Assembly (NCBI RefSeq): GCF_018350175.1
Contig: NC_058368.1
Location: forward strand, 152,398,001-152,462,000
From: Felis catus
Lineage: Eukaryota
Reading direction: 5' to 3'
Length of the DNA: 64,000 nt
Within the stretch, counting starts at the first letter, position 1. Each line of letters begins with the position of its first letter. Shown piece by piece: positions 13,652-25,945 of this stretch. The notes beneath the pieces are model-generated. The model did not search any database and was not told the DNA's origin. It worked only from the letters and a program-made list of their open reading frames with translations. The translations under genes and the position numbers were made by a program.

Positions 13652-13682
<31 letters not shown>

Positions 13683-13801
13683 ATCTGAAGCAGGCTCCAA
13701 GCTCCAAGCTATCAGTGCAGAGCCCAATGTAGGGTTTGAACTCTCAAGCCATGAGATTATGACCTAAGCCAAAGTTGGACTCTTAACTGACTGAGCCATC
13801 C
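13583..13801 (-). mobile_element. SINEC
   Basis: (TTA)n tail, (GA)n, reverse SINEC head. Confidence 0.9.
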
Positions 13802-14447
13802 TGAAACTCCAAACAATCTTATAGCTTTTGAAATTTCTTGTATGGACAGTACTCTGGCTTACCTTTGGTCTTGGTGTATATGTGTTGCTCTCTTTGCCTA
13901 GATTACATTCTCACCAGCAACATATGAGGGTTTCAATTCCTTCTATACTTTTTAAGTTAGGATCTTGGTGCATATGAAATTGTGCCCCATAGGGTTAATG
14001 AGGTTAAACTGTCACCAGCAAGACCCCCACTGACCCCATCCTTCCCAAGAATGTTAACTTTATATTTTAGAGGCAAACAACATGAAGAGCTCCCACTGGC
14101 CTAGACCAGTTTGAGCTTGACCACTGACTCATAACTGTGCAGATGGACCATGAAGTGTCCGACAGTTATCTCTACCTCATTATAATGTTAAAATCTCTAC
14201 CCAAGTTGAAGCACAAGCTTCATTAACATAACATGGACATATGGATAGGCATGTCTCCTAAGTACCATGTGATGACAAAACTCTCCTTTCTGAATATTCA
14301 CCCTAGCCCTAACGAACAGAAACCCCCTCACACCCATTCAGGGAGTCAAGGCTTTAGAAGTTATTCCCCATGATCTCTATTTGCTGCAAATAATTTATAA
14401 ACTACATAAGTGCTTCTCTCTTTAAAAGAATTTCTTTTAATGGCTTC

Positions 14448-14835
14448 ATTACTCTGCTCTGGCTGCCATAGCAAAATACTATAGACTGGGAGGCTTAAAC
14501 AACTGAAATTTATTTTCTCACAGTTCTACAGGTTAAAAAGTGTAGGATCAAAGTTGGGTTTCTGGTAATAACTCTTTTCATAGTTTGCAAATGGCCACCT
14601 TTCTGCTTTATCCTCAAATGGCCTTTCCTCAGAGTACATGGGGAAAAAAAGAGAGACATCTGGTCTCTCTTCCACTTCTTATAAGTACACCAATCCTATC
14701 ATATTAGGGTCCCAAGATTACGACCTTTTTTAAACCTTTATTACCTTCTTATAGGCCCTGTCTTCAAATACAGTCACACTGGGTGCTGGGCTTCAAGATA
14801 TGAATTTCAGGGGGACACAATTCAGTCCAAAGCAA
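14448..14835. mobile_element. MaLR LTR (MLT1A-like)
   Basis: ctgccatagcaaaatactatagactgggaggcttaaacaac ... gggggacacaattcagtcca. Confidence 0.85.
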
Positions 14836-15020
14836 TGGCTGAACAATAGTCTGAAAAATTCTATATGAGAATAATGCTCCAGGAGCAAGATACTAAAGTT
14901 AAGAAACTTTTTCCTTAAAATATATTATTTGCAAATTTCCTTTAAAATTCATTTTGTTGTGTTAGCTACATACCCTTCACGTCCAAGTGTGGATAAAAGT
15001 GTCTTTCTGAAATTTCTCAC

Positions 15021-15124
15021 CTGCATCTACTTGCAATCTGGAAGAACAGACTTCACACTCTTTCAAAAGATATTTAAATTTTCTGTGTAGCTCAACTGTT
15101 GTTGTCTCTAACTCCATTTCTATG
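15021..15124 (-). pseudogene. Exon candidate (phase 2->1), IEMELETTTVELHRKFKYLLKECEVCSSRLQVDA
   Basis: Acceptor cattttctttag, consensus donor CAG|gtgaga; 104 nt open. Confidence 0.65.
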
Positions 15125-15229
15125 CTAAAGAAAATGATGCCTTTTACACCATTGAAAGCCTGAATAATCTTGAAAGTTTTCATATGAACTGATGGAGGAA
15201 AAGAGGCCATCCTAGAGTTAGCCTTATTG

Positions 15230-16020
15230 GAAGCTTCTACCAAGCAAAAAACTTTAGAATTCCAAAGAAAACTAATTGGAACCCTGAAGCAGATGGGAAA
15301 AGCAGAAATTTCAGAACACCTTTGTGACCTCATTACAAGCATAATGAAGGAGGCAACGATGGAGTTAATTAGAAAAGAGGCAAGAAAAAGATTAAATGAG
15401 AATACAAAAACAACAAAATGTAACTCACAGAAAGGGAAGCATTCAGCAAGAAATAGAATATGCTGATCTCTGCAAAACTATTCAGAACCAAAGAAGATGG
15501 GAGCTAGAATCAAACAAAAGGAATATAAACCAGGTGGCCACTGAGGAAGAAAAGTCTGTAGAAAACACAAAGAGCAGGCACCTGGGAAGGAACTAGCCGA
15601 TGTCTGCATCAAGCAAAAAATATATCCCCAGCAGCCAGGGGAATTTAGCTGGTTATACAAGAGGGGTCGTTCTTAGTTGGGTGGCACTAATTGTGTACCT
15701 GTGTAGGTGGCGAATAAAACTCATGGGTTTCTTAGTAGCCACAAACAGACATTAGTCCAAATTTGTCCTTCGTCACTTAAGACCATCTCAAACTGTTAAC
15801 ATCCTCACCGATTTCCACTATGTGAAGAGACTGAAAATTACCTCTAAAGATCAATGATAATTTTCACAAGCAATATATGTCCAGAGATAGTCTGTACACA
15901 GTAAGTTTTAAAACCTGTTAATAAAATGACATTGTACACATGCAGTTTGTCCATCTATCTATGTTGTTTTGACAATAAGAAGACAGTGTCATAGGCCCAT
16001 TTCACTGTAAAAGTTTCTGA
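15230..16020 (+). mobile_element. Ancient RTE-X (L4-like) LINE ORF remnant
   Basis: Translations IEYADLCKTIQNQRR...EEKSVENTK, NFHKQYMSRDSLYTV and LCCFDNKK resemble RTE-clade linker/RT motifs (GF.K.YST.DHI; F.DYKKAFD). Confidence 0.65.
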
Positions 16021-16039
16021 TAGACACAAAGTACCATGT

Positions 16040-16329
16040 TTTTTCTTTTTAAGATCACTTATTTATTTTGAGAGAGAGAGAGAACATGCATGGAAGAGGG
16101 GCAGAGAGAGAGATGGAGAGAGAGACTCCCAAGCAGGCTCTGAACTGTCAGCGCAGAGCCTGACATGGGGCTCAATCCCATGAACCGCAAGATCATGACC
16201 TGAGTCCAAATCAAGAGTTGGACACTCAAACAACTGAGCCACCTAGGTGCTCCCCATCAACACTTTATAAAAAATAGTCTTATTTTTTTCTTTTTTGAGA
16301 GAGAGCACATGCAAGTATGGGAGGGGCAG

Positions 16330-16372
<43 letters not shown>

Positions 16373-16495
16373 CCCAAACAGGCTCCATGCTCCATGCAGA
16401 GCCCCACCCAGGACTCCTTTCCACAACCCTGGAATCATGACCTGAGCCAAAATTAAGAGTCAGATGTTCAACCAACTGAGCCACCCAGGCGCCCA
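16040..16495 (-). mobile_element. Two tandem SINECs
   Basis: Two reverse SINEC bodies (about 16050-16255 and 16278-16495). Confidence 0.9.
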
Positions 16496-18687
16496 AGAGT
16501 ACCATGCTTTCTGGTCCAAATATAGCCATGCTACTTGTATAGACTGATGGTTTAGATTGTGAGGAATAAGTAGAGAAGGGATCAGGAAATCACTCAGTTA
16601 AAACAAGCCAAACACTAGCAAGTTCAGCCCCAAATCTTGTTTCTCAATTATATAGATGAGCTAATTACAATGAGTACACAGACTAGATATTTTCTATATA
16701 ATTTCTTTATATTTAAAATAATCCACCTCAGTATGTGATTAAATTGAACATGAAACTATAAAATATTATTTCCTAGAACTAACCTTAATACCACAGTGGT
16801 GATAAATTTAAGGCTCCAGGTTCTCACTCATGCACTGCCCCAGGGATGTCACTGAACAGGCGTCAAGTTGGACTGACCAGTCATTTCTGCTACAGTCACA
16901 CAGCTCTGTGTATCAAGAATGTAAAATTTCTTCGAGCTCAAGATTGATACATGAATAATGTAGGGAGTACATTTGTCACGTGTACCACATCTTTAAACCT
17001 CTCACAGAAACCTTACATTGTAAAGATACATGAAAAGTTAATGTCGCAAACATCCTTTACAGTGTAAAAGAAGAAATGAAAATTTGAAATATAAACAGAG
17101 AGGAGGAGGGTCAGATTATTTTGAATGTGACTTTTGAAGAGTTTATAACACCTGAGAGAAAGGTAGTATCTAGCTAGAACTTATTTAAGAATGTACACCA
17201 TGACAGTCTATATCACTTAACTCCATCATGACAATTATTTCCTAGCAATTGGTCTCTCCCAGAAAGTCAGAACCTCATTTTATCTAGTCCACTAATCTCT
17301 CTTTGGTCACTCCACCTCAAACTCTGCCAATTATTTGCACAGCCAGTGCCGAAGCCTAAAATTCCTACCTGTTCTCTTCTGCTTGTTCTGTTCTGAGACT
17401 AAAACATTTCTAAAAGAAGTCAGAGAGTGATATAGACTGGCTTCTACAAACTCCTATCATGTATTTTTTCCTCAATTGCTTTTAACTTCCAAGATTTCCA
17501 CCACTGAATAAACAGCGGGAACGGTCCTCATATAAACTCTGGAATTGTTCCTGGAGTTACTTTCTTTTATAACCCCTAGCCTTGTTTAAGATGATTGTAT
17601 TTGCTAATAATCTTGACTCCTTATGTAGATTCCTCTCTTGACTGGCCACTCAGGTTTGAACCAGGTTTTGAATAGTAGTTATTTGTACTTGACTTTGCTT
17701 TTTGACAAGGTGCATTCAGGGCAAAATGTACTAGTTGGTCTTTGAGGATAGGTCTTAGTCACCTTTGATTCCCACACATGAAGATACCATTGCAGCCAAT
17801 GAATGGGATCCTGTCCCCATAACCCACCCAAAAGTTTCTAACTAACCTGGTACTCCTTCTTCTCAGCTCCTTCCAGGTGGAGATCAATTCCAAAACTTTT
17901 TCCACCTTATTCAGGGCTCAACAGTATTTGATAATACTTTTCCTGGTTTAATTTTTATCATGTTTTCTTCTGTGTTCTTCCCACTTCTACCATTCTCCAG
18001 GAAGCTGCCAAACACTCTACCCCTCCTTTGCAATACACATCCAACTCTATTAACCAGCCCAAAGTCATTCAACAATATTAAGGCGCTCACCTACTTAACA
18101 TTGTAGGGGCAAGAACCACTTTCTCAAAAGCTGAGTTTGGAAATACCCTGAGTTTGGAATATCCATCTGTAGCCCTAACACTTTAGGCCACTTGCAGGAT
18201 CCTTACAAGTATGGCATAAACAAAGTGGCCTCCAAACCTAAACACCCCCATCCAGAGTTCTGCTGGCTAAATTGGTTTTGTTTGAAATAGATGGGAAAAC
18301 TTAATAAAGGAACGGGTATTAAATGTCAAAGGCACAAAGGAAGAAAAAAGACTACTAATATCAAATTGTGCTCATGAGGATCTTGGAAAACATTTAAAAT
18401 ATTCATCAAACAAGGTGTAAAAGGTAGCATCAGTCTCTAGGAAAAGTTACCGAGTACACAAAATAGGCAGCAGTGAGCAAAACTGGGTATACCAGAATAA
18501 CGGCACCCATAGAGCAGGGTGGGAGTAAAGGCATGTCTCTCCTTAGATGGAGCTGAGCTATAGATGACAGCGATGCAGGGTGATGACAAGGGTAGAATGA
18601 ATACGATTGGCTAAGTCAAGAGCTAAGTGCCAAGGCCTCTACTCTCACAGCAGAGTGAGGAGAGGAAATAAGACCACATTATTAACA

Positions 18688-18809
18688 GGGCATCTGGCTG
18701 GTTCAGTTGATTAAGCGCCTGATTCTTGATTTTGGCTCAGGTCATGATCTCACAGTTCATGAGATCAAGCCTTGCATCAGGATGCTGAGAGCATGGAGCC
18801 TGCTTGGGA

Positions 18810-18847
<38 letters not shown>

Positions 18848-18870
18848 ATAAATAAATAAACTTTTTAAAA
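18688..18870 (+). mobile_element. SINEC
   Basis: SINEC body; TSD ccacattattaa. Confidence 0.9.
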
Positions 18871-19320
18871 AGGCCACATTATTAATGAATCATGCTCCTC
18901 TTAATATAAATCTGGAATTTCGTTGTTATAGACTGACACATACTCTTATCCAATTATTACACAATTCATTCTTACTCTAAATTAGAATTGCACACATAGA
19001 ACAACTATGTCCTATATTATATATGAAAGTTTCCTAGGCATCTTTGGCAGCAGGTGGAAGGCGTAAGAGTACAATAATAACACCACCATTGTATCTATAC
19101 AGTATTTTATTTCATGGTTTTGAAAAAAAATAGTTAATTTTGTAATATGAATAGTATATAATCTATGGTATTTTATTATTACATAGTATAATAATAAAAA
19201 TTATACTGTATACAATAATATATATATGCTATAATAACCAGTACCATAAAACGGTATTTCCTCCAAGCCTTCCATTAAAGTACCTACCATCTCCCCTATA
19301 CTTCTAAGGTCCTCACACAC

Positions 19321-19530
19321 CTTATCTGTGATTGGACTGTAAGAGTACTTTCCTTTCTACCCAGTGAAGACCTTGCTTTGTGGCTGCTCTTTGCACTGCT
19401 AAGAAAAGAAGCCAGCCCTGTAGCCACTGAGGGTACTGCTGCCTTTTACTTCTCTAGCCCCATTATTATCCAAGCATCAGTGTTCAGGGACATATTCTGC
19501 TCATTTTTCTCATCCACTCTCAAAGCTTTC
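19321..19530 (-). pseudogene. Exon candidate (phase 2->2), KALRVDEKNEQNMSLNTDAWIIMGLEK*KAAVPSVATGLASFLSSAKSSHKARSSLGRKESTLTVQSQI
   Basis: Acceptor ttttggttctattag, donor AAG|gtgtgt; 210 nt with a single TAA at 19446-19448. Confidence 0.6.
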
Positions 19531-19717
19531 CTAATAGAACCAAAAATTCTTTTGCACAGTCTCCTGAAAGTGACCAGGTCAACATCAGTTCACATTTTCA
19601 AATCTCAAAAATTATACAAAAAATAAATAAATAGACAACAGGGACTTGCTTATTCCAGCTTCCTCAGAGAACTACAGCAAAGAAATATAGCCTGCATTGT
19701 AGGCAACTTCATTTAAC

Positions 19718-19814
19718 CACAGAGATAGGTCATCACGGAGGAAAACTTTGTCGAAGCTCGATGGCAAGCAAAAGCCACTGAAGAGCTTATGGGGGATAAC
19801 TTTAGGTTCAAACT
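19718..19814 (-). pseudogene. Exon candidate (phase 1->2), FEPKVIPHKLFSGFCLPSSFDKVFLRDDLSL
   Basis: Acceptor tctgcctttcatag; open; donor TG|gttaaa is weak. Confidence 0.6.
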
Positions 19815-20267
19815 CTATGAAAGGCAGATAAGTATGTAGATGGAGGTGGTGGTAATGGACAGAAAGGGACAAAGAGGAGGAGAAGGAAGAAAATGATGGT
19901 ATTCTTATTTGAAAATGCGTATGATACCACCTATGTGTAAATCCACTTTACGAAATGAAGTATATTTGGAAAATGACCACTGCTCAGTGAGACACTAGAT
20001 AAGCACTTATTTGATGGCTTGTTTCATTCCCACACCTGTCACTTTCCTCTGAGCCATGGAGATATAGACTGTCAATTAAGAGAGAGAGCAAGTTTACCTA
20101 ACGTCATATAAGCTTTTAGCCATGTACAAATACTCGCAATGTTCTATTTCTCTTCCAAGGCTATAGTACTTATTCAAATCTTGGTTTTCTAAGGAAAACC
20201 AGTGTTTAACAAATGTTTAAAGATTATAGTCAGTGATCCTTCAGGATGAGAAGTAATACAATTAAGA

Positions 20268-20506
20268 TTTTTTTTTTAATTTTTAATGATTATTCATTTT
20301 TTTTGAGAAAGAGAGAGAGAAAGAGAGATAGAGTGCAAGTAGGGGAGGGGCAGAGAGACAGAGAGAGGGGCACACAGAATCTGAGGCAGGCTCCAGGCTC
20401 TGAACTGTCAGCCCAGAGCCCAACGCGGGGCCAGAACCCATGAACTACAAGATCACAAACAGAGCCAAAGTCAGACACCTAACCAACTGAGCCACCAGAT
20501 GCCCCC
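20268..20506 (-). mobile_element. SINEC (feline-type)
   Basis: SINEC body; TSD caattaagatttttt. Confidence 0.9.
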
Positions 20507-21007
20507 AATTAAGATTTTTTAATGGTGCTACACTAACCTTTCTGAGACTACAAAATATAATCTCAGTTCTACAAAATGTTTATAATATATGTATGTACGT
20601 ATATAATTTTTGAAATGTGATTGCTTGACATTTTTAATTTCCTAATACTAAGCATGAATTAATTGCAAACAATAGAGTTCTTGTGTTTCAGTTAATTCTT
20701 TTGTCTGTTTTTAACACCTTAGTGCCACATAATAAGTACAATTCAAACTGAAATAGAGCTAGATAATCAGTATAATTGTTTCACATGGGTATAGCATCAA
20801 TGTCTCTGAAAGAGTTAATGTAACTTCCAAAAATACCAAACCAGGGACTATAGGAAAGCAGTGAGAAAACTGGTTCAATATGATATCGATTTGTGGAATT
20901 CTTGAGTTCAAACCAAGAGTTCCCCACTTGGTCTATAGATCTAGGTATTCCTGGAACCAGTATCCGTAGTTCAGACAGAGCTTACTAGAGATCCAGCAAT
21001 CTCTAAC

Positions 21008-21109
21008 CTTTGACCAAATTAATCCCAGGATGGTTTCGATACAGATGCACAAACAATGGTGCTAGTGTGCTCCTGGAAGCCCGTAGACCTTCCCGTACTA
21101 TCCGTCTCA
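21008..21109 (-). pseudogene. Exon candidate (phase 1->1), RRIVREGLRASRSTLAPLFVHLYRNHPGINLVK
   Basis: Acceptor catttcacag, donor AAG|gttaga; 102 nt open; retains CpG-containing Arg codons in otherwise CpG-poor DNA. Confidence 0.65.
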
Positions 21110-22208
21110 CTGTGAAATGTCCAGATAAACCCCAGCAGCCAGGTAAATAATAGATGACATTTAATAAAAGCAAATCAAATTTAACATTTTGAATCAATTT
21201 CTTTCCCAAATATAGCAGCAGAAATTTAAAGCAAATGCTTTAATTGTGCATTTCCTCTGGCCAATCTCATTCTAACATTAAAACAGTGCCTCCCACAACT
21301 TTGTCACTCCCACCTGCCAGGACTAACGTTGTAGTTATACAGGCATAACCCATGCGCAGTTAGGTCCAAATTTAAAATATTATTGAAGTTAGTGTTCCTT
21401 TTCAACGTACATTTCCATATACAAACAGGAAGAAGTCAAGCCTAGACGAAATCTGCATCTCTTAAGATATTTTTGTCTTTTTTTTGTTTTGTTTTTTGAG
21501 GTATAATTAACATAGGACATTTTGTCTTAAGCATTTTCCTCACACTTGTTAATCTTCTTCATAAAATTGCTTTGTCAAATAAAAGCAGTTAAATTCTTAA
21601 CAAAAATAGCAGAGAGATGTAAATAAATCAAGAACAGTTAAATAGTTCCTTGCTCCAAATTAATACATTTCCTATTATATTCTGTCAGTGTAGTTACAGC
21701 TTAGAAGATATAAAAGGATTGTCCAAAGCAGCAGTGTAAACAGTAAATATTATCTAAAAATGAAACTCACTTTATTGGCTATTTAGGACTTTCTATTTCT
21801 TTTCTCTAATAAAGAGAATAATTCAGATATTATATTTGATGCTGAATCATAAATCCATCAAAGAACTTATTTTCCTTAAATCCCAAATTCCAAGACATAT
21901 GGAAAATTGCCTTAAGGTAGAGAAAGTTGTTGCCTTTATCACACTGTGCATCTAAATTCCCAAGATGATTGATTTAACGAGGTTTGCACATTAGAAGCCT
22001 TTTCCATTGTTACAATAAGAGGAAATCACAAGAAAGATTAATGCCCTCCGCATGGTGCCACTGTATTAAAATGTCTTTGAAATGTCTTCACTCCAGGAGC
22101 ACTTCCTAACCATGCCAGTGCTTAGGAAAGTTGGTCTCAGTGTAAAGAATTTATTAGTTATGGCGATGAAGCTGTTGTGCCGGAAATAAATACCTGTGAC
22201 ATGCTTAC

Positions 22209-22438
22209 TTTCAAAGGAAAGTATAAGCCAGTCAGTTTCCAAACAAAATTTGATTTCATGGCTTGGTTACAAGGAAAGCACATCTCTGAGGTGTTTGCAA
22301 GTGAGGCCACCCACAGGTCTGCCATGGTATCTAGGATCTTGTCACAACAATGCAGTGTTAGTGAAAGGGAAGCAAAGCGGAGCGATCCTCCTTACACTTG
22401 GAAAGCTTCTCACACTTAGATCTTTCCTGGTGTTTTCT
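22209..22438 (-). pseudogene. Exon candidate (phase 2->1), ENTRKDLSVRSFPSVRRIAPLCFPFTNTALL*QDPRYHGRPVGGLTCKHLRDVLSL*PSHEIKFCLETDWLILSFE
   Basis: Acceptor cattgtcacttcag, donor A|gtaagc; stops TGA 22342-22344 and TAA 22267-22269. Confidence 0.55.
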
Positions 22439-22599
22439 CTGAAGTGACAATGTTTTTCTTGCCCTCACCTTCCCTCTTCATCACAGACACAGGAGAAAGG
22501 AAAATATTTCAATCCACTCTTACAAATCCCTGGGATGGTGACATATACCCGAGTCTGTCCCTTCTTACACCACTCTAATTATATAAAGACTTCAGAGAA

Positions 22600-22815
22600 T
22601 AATTTTCTTTTTAAAGAGAGAGAGAGAGAGGGGGGCGCCTGGGTGGCGCAGTCGGTTAAGCGTCCGACTTCAGCCAGGTCACGATCTCGCGGTCCGTGAG
22701 TTCGAGCCCCGCGTCGGGCTCTGGGCTGATGGCTCAGAGCCTGGAGCCTGTTTCCGATTCTGTGTCTCCCTCTCTCTCTGCCCCTCCCCCGTTCATGCTC
22801 TGTCTCTCTCTGTCC

Positions 22816-22853
<38 letters not shown>

Positions 22854-23101
22854 TGTTGAAAAATAAAGAGAGAGAGAGAACGCATGCCTGACTTCAGGAC
22901 AGGGGCAGAGGGGGGGAGACCGAGAGACAGAGAGACAGAGAGGAGAGAGAGAGAGAAAGAGAGAGAGAGGGAATGAATCTGAAGCAGTCTCCATGCTCAG
23001 CGATGGATGTGGGGATAGATCCCATGACCATGGGACATGACCTGAGCTGAATCAAGAGTCCGAGGTCAGATGCTCAGCCAACTGAGGCACCGAGGCGCCC
23101 C
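22600..23101 (-). mobile_element. Older SINEC (minus) hosting a young SINEC (plus, 22631-22865)
   Basis: Young copy flanked by duplicated aaagagagagagaga; outer TSD gaataatttt. Confidence 0.9.
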
Positions 23102-23694
23102 AGGAATAATTTTTTTTTTAAACCTAATTAAGCCTTATACACCACATGTAATCAATCATCCCACTAATAACATTAACTGGGCACCAGTCATATGCCTGGT
23201 ATTATGCTAAATGCTGGGATCTACACATGAAACAATTTATGAACCAAAAAAAAATATTACTACTTCATTACCACGAGGTAAAATAATAAAGTCCAAACAG
23301 TGTAACCTGTACAACAGCAAAGCAAGTTAGAAATACTGAAAAGCAAGAGAACTATGGCTGACAGTTACCAAAACGTGCACGGCACAGAAAGATAACCGTT
23401 GACACACATCAAATATTAACCCAACAAGCATAAAAACAGAAGAACTTCTATCTATCACTTCAGCCTTATTCCCTGACATTCGTGCATTTCTGTTTCTTTG
23501 CCTTTACTCATGCTCCCTTGGTCTGGAATGTTTTCTCCCCTCTTCATCCCCCCCAAGGGATGCTCTCCTGAAAGAGCCAGCTGAAATCCTGTGTCCCCCA
23601 TGGCAACTCCCAGCCCCAGCAACCTCTTATTTCTATGAATTCTTATACTTTTTCTAATCTCGAACCTTCTACTTTAGCAGATGTTGTCCCATAC

Positions 23695-23845
23695 TCCTTG
23701 TTCTTGTTTCCCCCTTGGTTAATTTTATAATCCCAGCTTCCTTGCAACCAAAACTTCTGCCTCTCCACAATACTCATTACAGGAGTGAAGACATTATTAT
23801 ATACACTTGATAAGTACTTGACAATTTGATTTGTTCTAAGATGGC
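23695..23845 (-). pseudogene. Exon candidate (phase 1->2), GHLRTNQIVKYLSSVYNNVFTPVMSIVERQKFWLQGSWDYKINQGGNKNK
   Basis: Acceptor ccttttgttaacag, donor GA|gtatgg (alternative donor at 23649); open (ORF 23643..23855). Confidence 0.5.
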
Positions 23846-25529
23846 CTGTTAACAAAAGGGCTTTATGAGATTACAAAAAAAAAGTGGAGACTTACAGAAT
23901 GGAAGCATGTATTTATTCACCACTCTGTAGTAAAAAATGAAAACAGTTATCAAAATATATAGAAAACTCAGACATTGAGGTGCAAACAATAAAGTGTCAA
24001 GTTTTTAATTAGGTCAATGGCTTAAAACAGTAAAGATTAGAATTATGAAAAAATCCACAAACAAACATAACAGGAACAAATATTAATGTATGAGGAGAGT
24101 TCATAGAGCCTTTGTCTGACTCCAAAAACTCTATCATTGCTTCCCGGGCATCCTCTTCCCTTGCATTGGAAAAGTTAGGATTTACTCAGTAGATCAGTAG
24201 AGATCACAAGGCTGTGAGACACAGAGGGAGAAGCAAAGAATCTGTACACATGAGGCATTTAGGAGTCATTCTGGGAGAGACTTTAAAGAGAGGATAAAGA
24301 AAAAAGCTATTGGGGAAGCTGCCCATGAGAGAGTAAGGAGTGAAAGTAAAGACCAGGGTTCCAGTTCTATCCAGCTAATACCGAGCAGAAAGATCTGGGA
24401 AAGTTATCTAAACACTTTAAATTACAGACTGCGTATCTGCAAAGTCAGAGCAATAGAACCTAGCACACTGAGTTGTTGGGAGGATTAAGTGAGTTCTTAG
24501 CCTATTACTGATTCTCGGTAAATGGAGTAAATGTAACCACGTTATTAACAATAACAGGCTTTGAAATTTTGACTGATAACTATTTGAAAGAAAAAAATTA
24601 TTTGAAAACATGTTTCCTCCTAGAAGTTAGTATATCCATAGGGAAGTTATAAGAACCGGACACAATCAGAGGACATAATCACACCAGAGACTCATCCAGT
24701 GTGCTGGTGGTATGGAGAGAAACTGGGAGAGCCTGGCAAATGCTAAACTTTCCACAAGTCTCCTTTCTCTCCCTCTTGCAGCTCAACCTTCTTTTCTTTT
24801 CACTCTCTCTTCAAGCATTGTTGACCTACCTCTTCCTACTTACATCCTATCCTCACCCTTTCCTCTTTCCCTATATTTTCACAAGTTCCCTTTCATCCAT
24901 TTTATTGCCTACACATATTACTCTTAAGAACACAGAAATGCAAACATGAAAAGAAGAAGAGAAGTATTGATTCTCTTTTATGTGTGTAATAAATTAAACC
25001 ACATGAAATTGTCATTTTGTAGGAAAAATTTACATAAACAAAATATACAGAATGTTTATAACAGTATGTCTACCTACAACTACTACAGATACCTTCTAAT
25101 GCTCTTACTAATTTAGGTTGGTGAAAAATTAAGGTAACTTCACTTTGGTAACATTGCAAAGTCATGTTCAAAGTGTGTTGAAATTTCAACTGGTTTTGAA
25201 TAACTTTAAAGCTCTTTTGCATTTGGTCAAGATGTGACTAAATTTGTAAGCCAAATGCTTTTTCAAAAATGAACCATAAAATGTGGATGAGTATGTGTGG
25301 ATATGTAGTTAGGGTTCTTTGGTTTTAAGCAATAGAAGCCAACTCTGGATAACTTACACATAAGAAGTAATTTAATGAAAGGTAAGGGAGAGTTCACAGA
25401 ATTTTTAAAAACCTGAACAATTAGTTCTTGGTAAAAAGAGAAGGCCAACCATGGGATCTCAGGAATAAAGGATTCACGGTTAGAATCTTTAGGAAGCTCC
25501 CAAAGAATTAAAAAGCTCCAGTGGAAAAG

Positions 25530-25945
25530 AATAAACTTTATATTTTAAGGAAGTTTTAAGTTCATGGCAAAATTGAGCGGAAGGTACAGATTTCCCATAT
25601 GCTGCCTGCATTCACCTATGCATAGCCTCCCCCATTATCAATAGCCCCCACCAGAATGGTACATTTGTTACAATCAATGAATCTACAGTGACACATCATT
25701 TTTACCCAGAGTGCAGAGTACATGAAGGTTCACTCTTGATGTTGTACATCTGACAAGTTTTGACAGACATATAATGGCATGTATCCACCATCATAGTAAC
25801 ATACAGGGTAGTTTCATTCCGCTAACAAATCCTTTGTTTTCCACCTATTCGTCCCTCTCTCCCCCAAACCCTAGCAACTACTGATCTTTTTACTCTCACC
25901 ATAGTTTTACCTTTTCCAGAAAGCCATAAACTTGGAATCTACAGT
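25530..25945 (-). mobile_element. L1MC/MB-like LINE-1 3' end
   Basis: gcaaaattgagcggaaggtacaga...ggtacatttgttacaatcaatgaa...ccttttccagaa. Confidence 0.8.

Noticed and set aside
17045..17070. Similarity to miR-30 (aaacatcct)
   Set aside because: Only a short match; the seed start and precursor do not agree.
22579..22994. ORFs with RERERE / LSLSLS / WDRERQSMN peptides (also at 5832, 13528, 16257, 20246, 27349, 32271, 39694, 51061, 62944)
   Set aside because: SINEC-derived reading frames.
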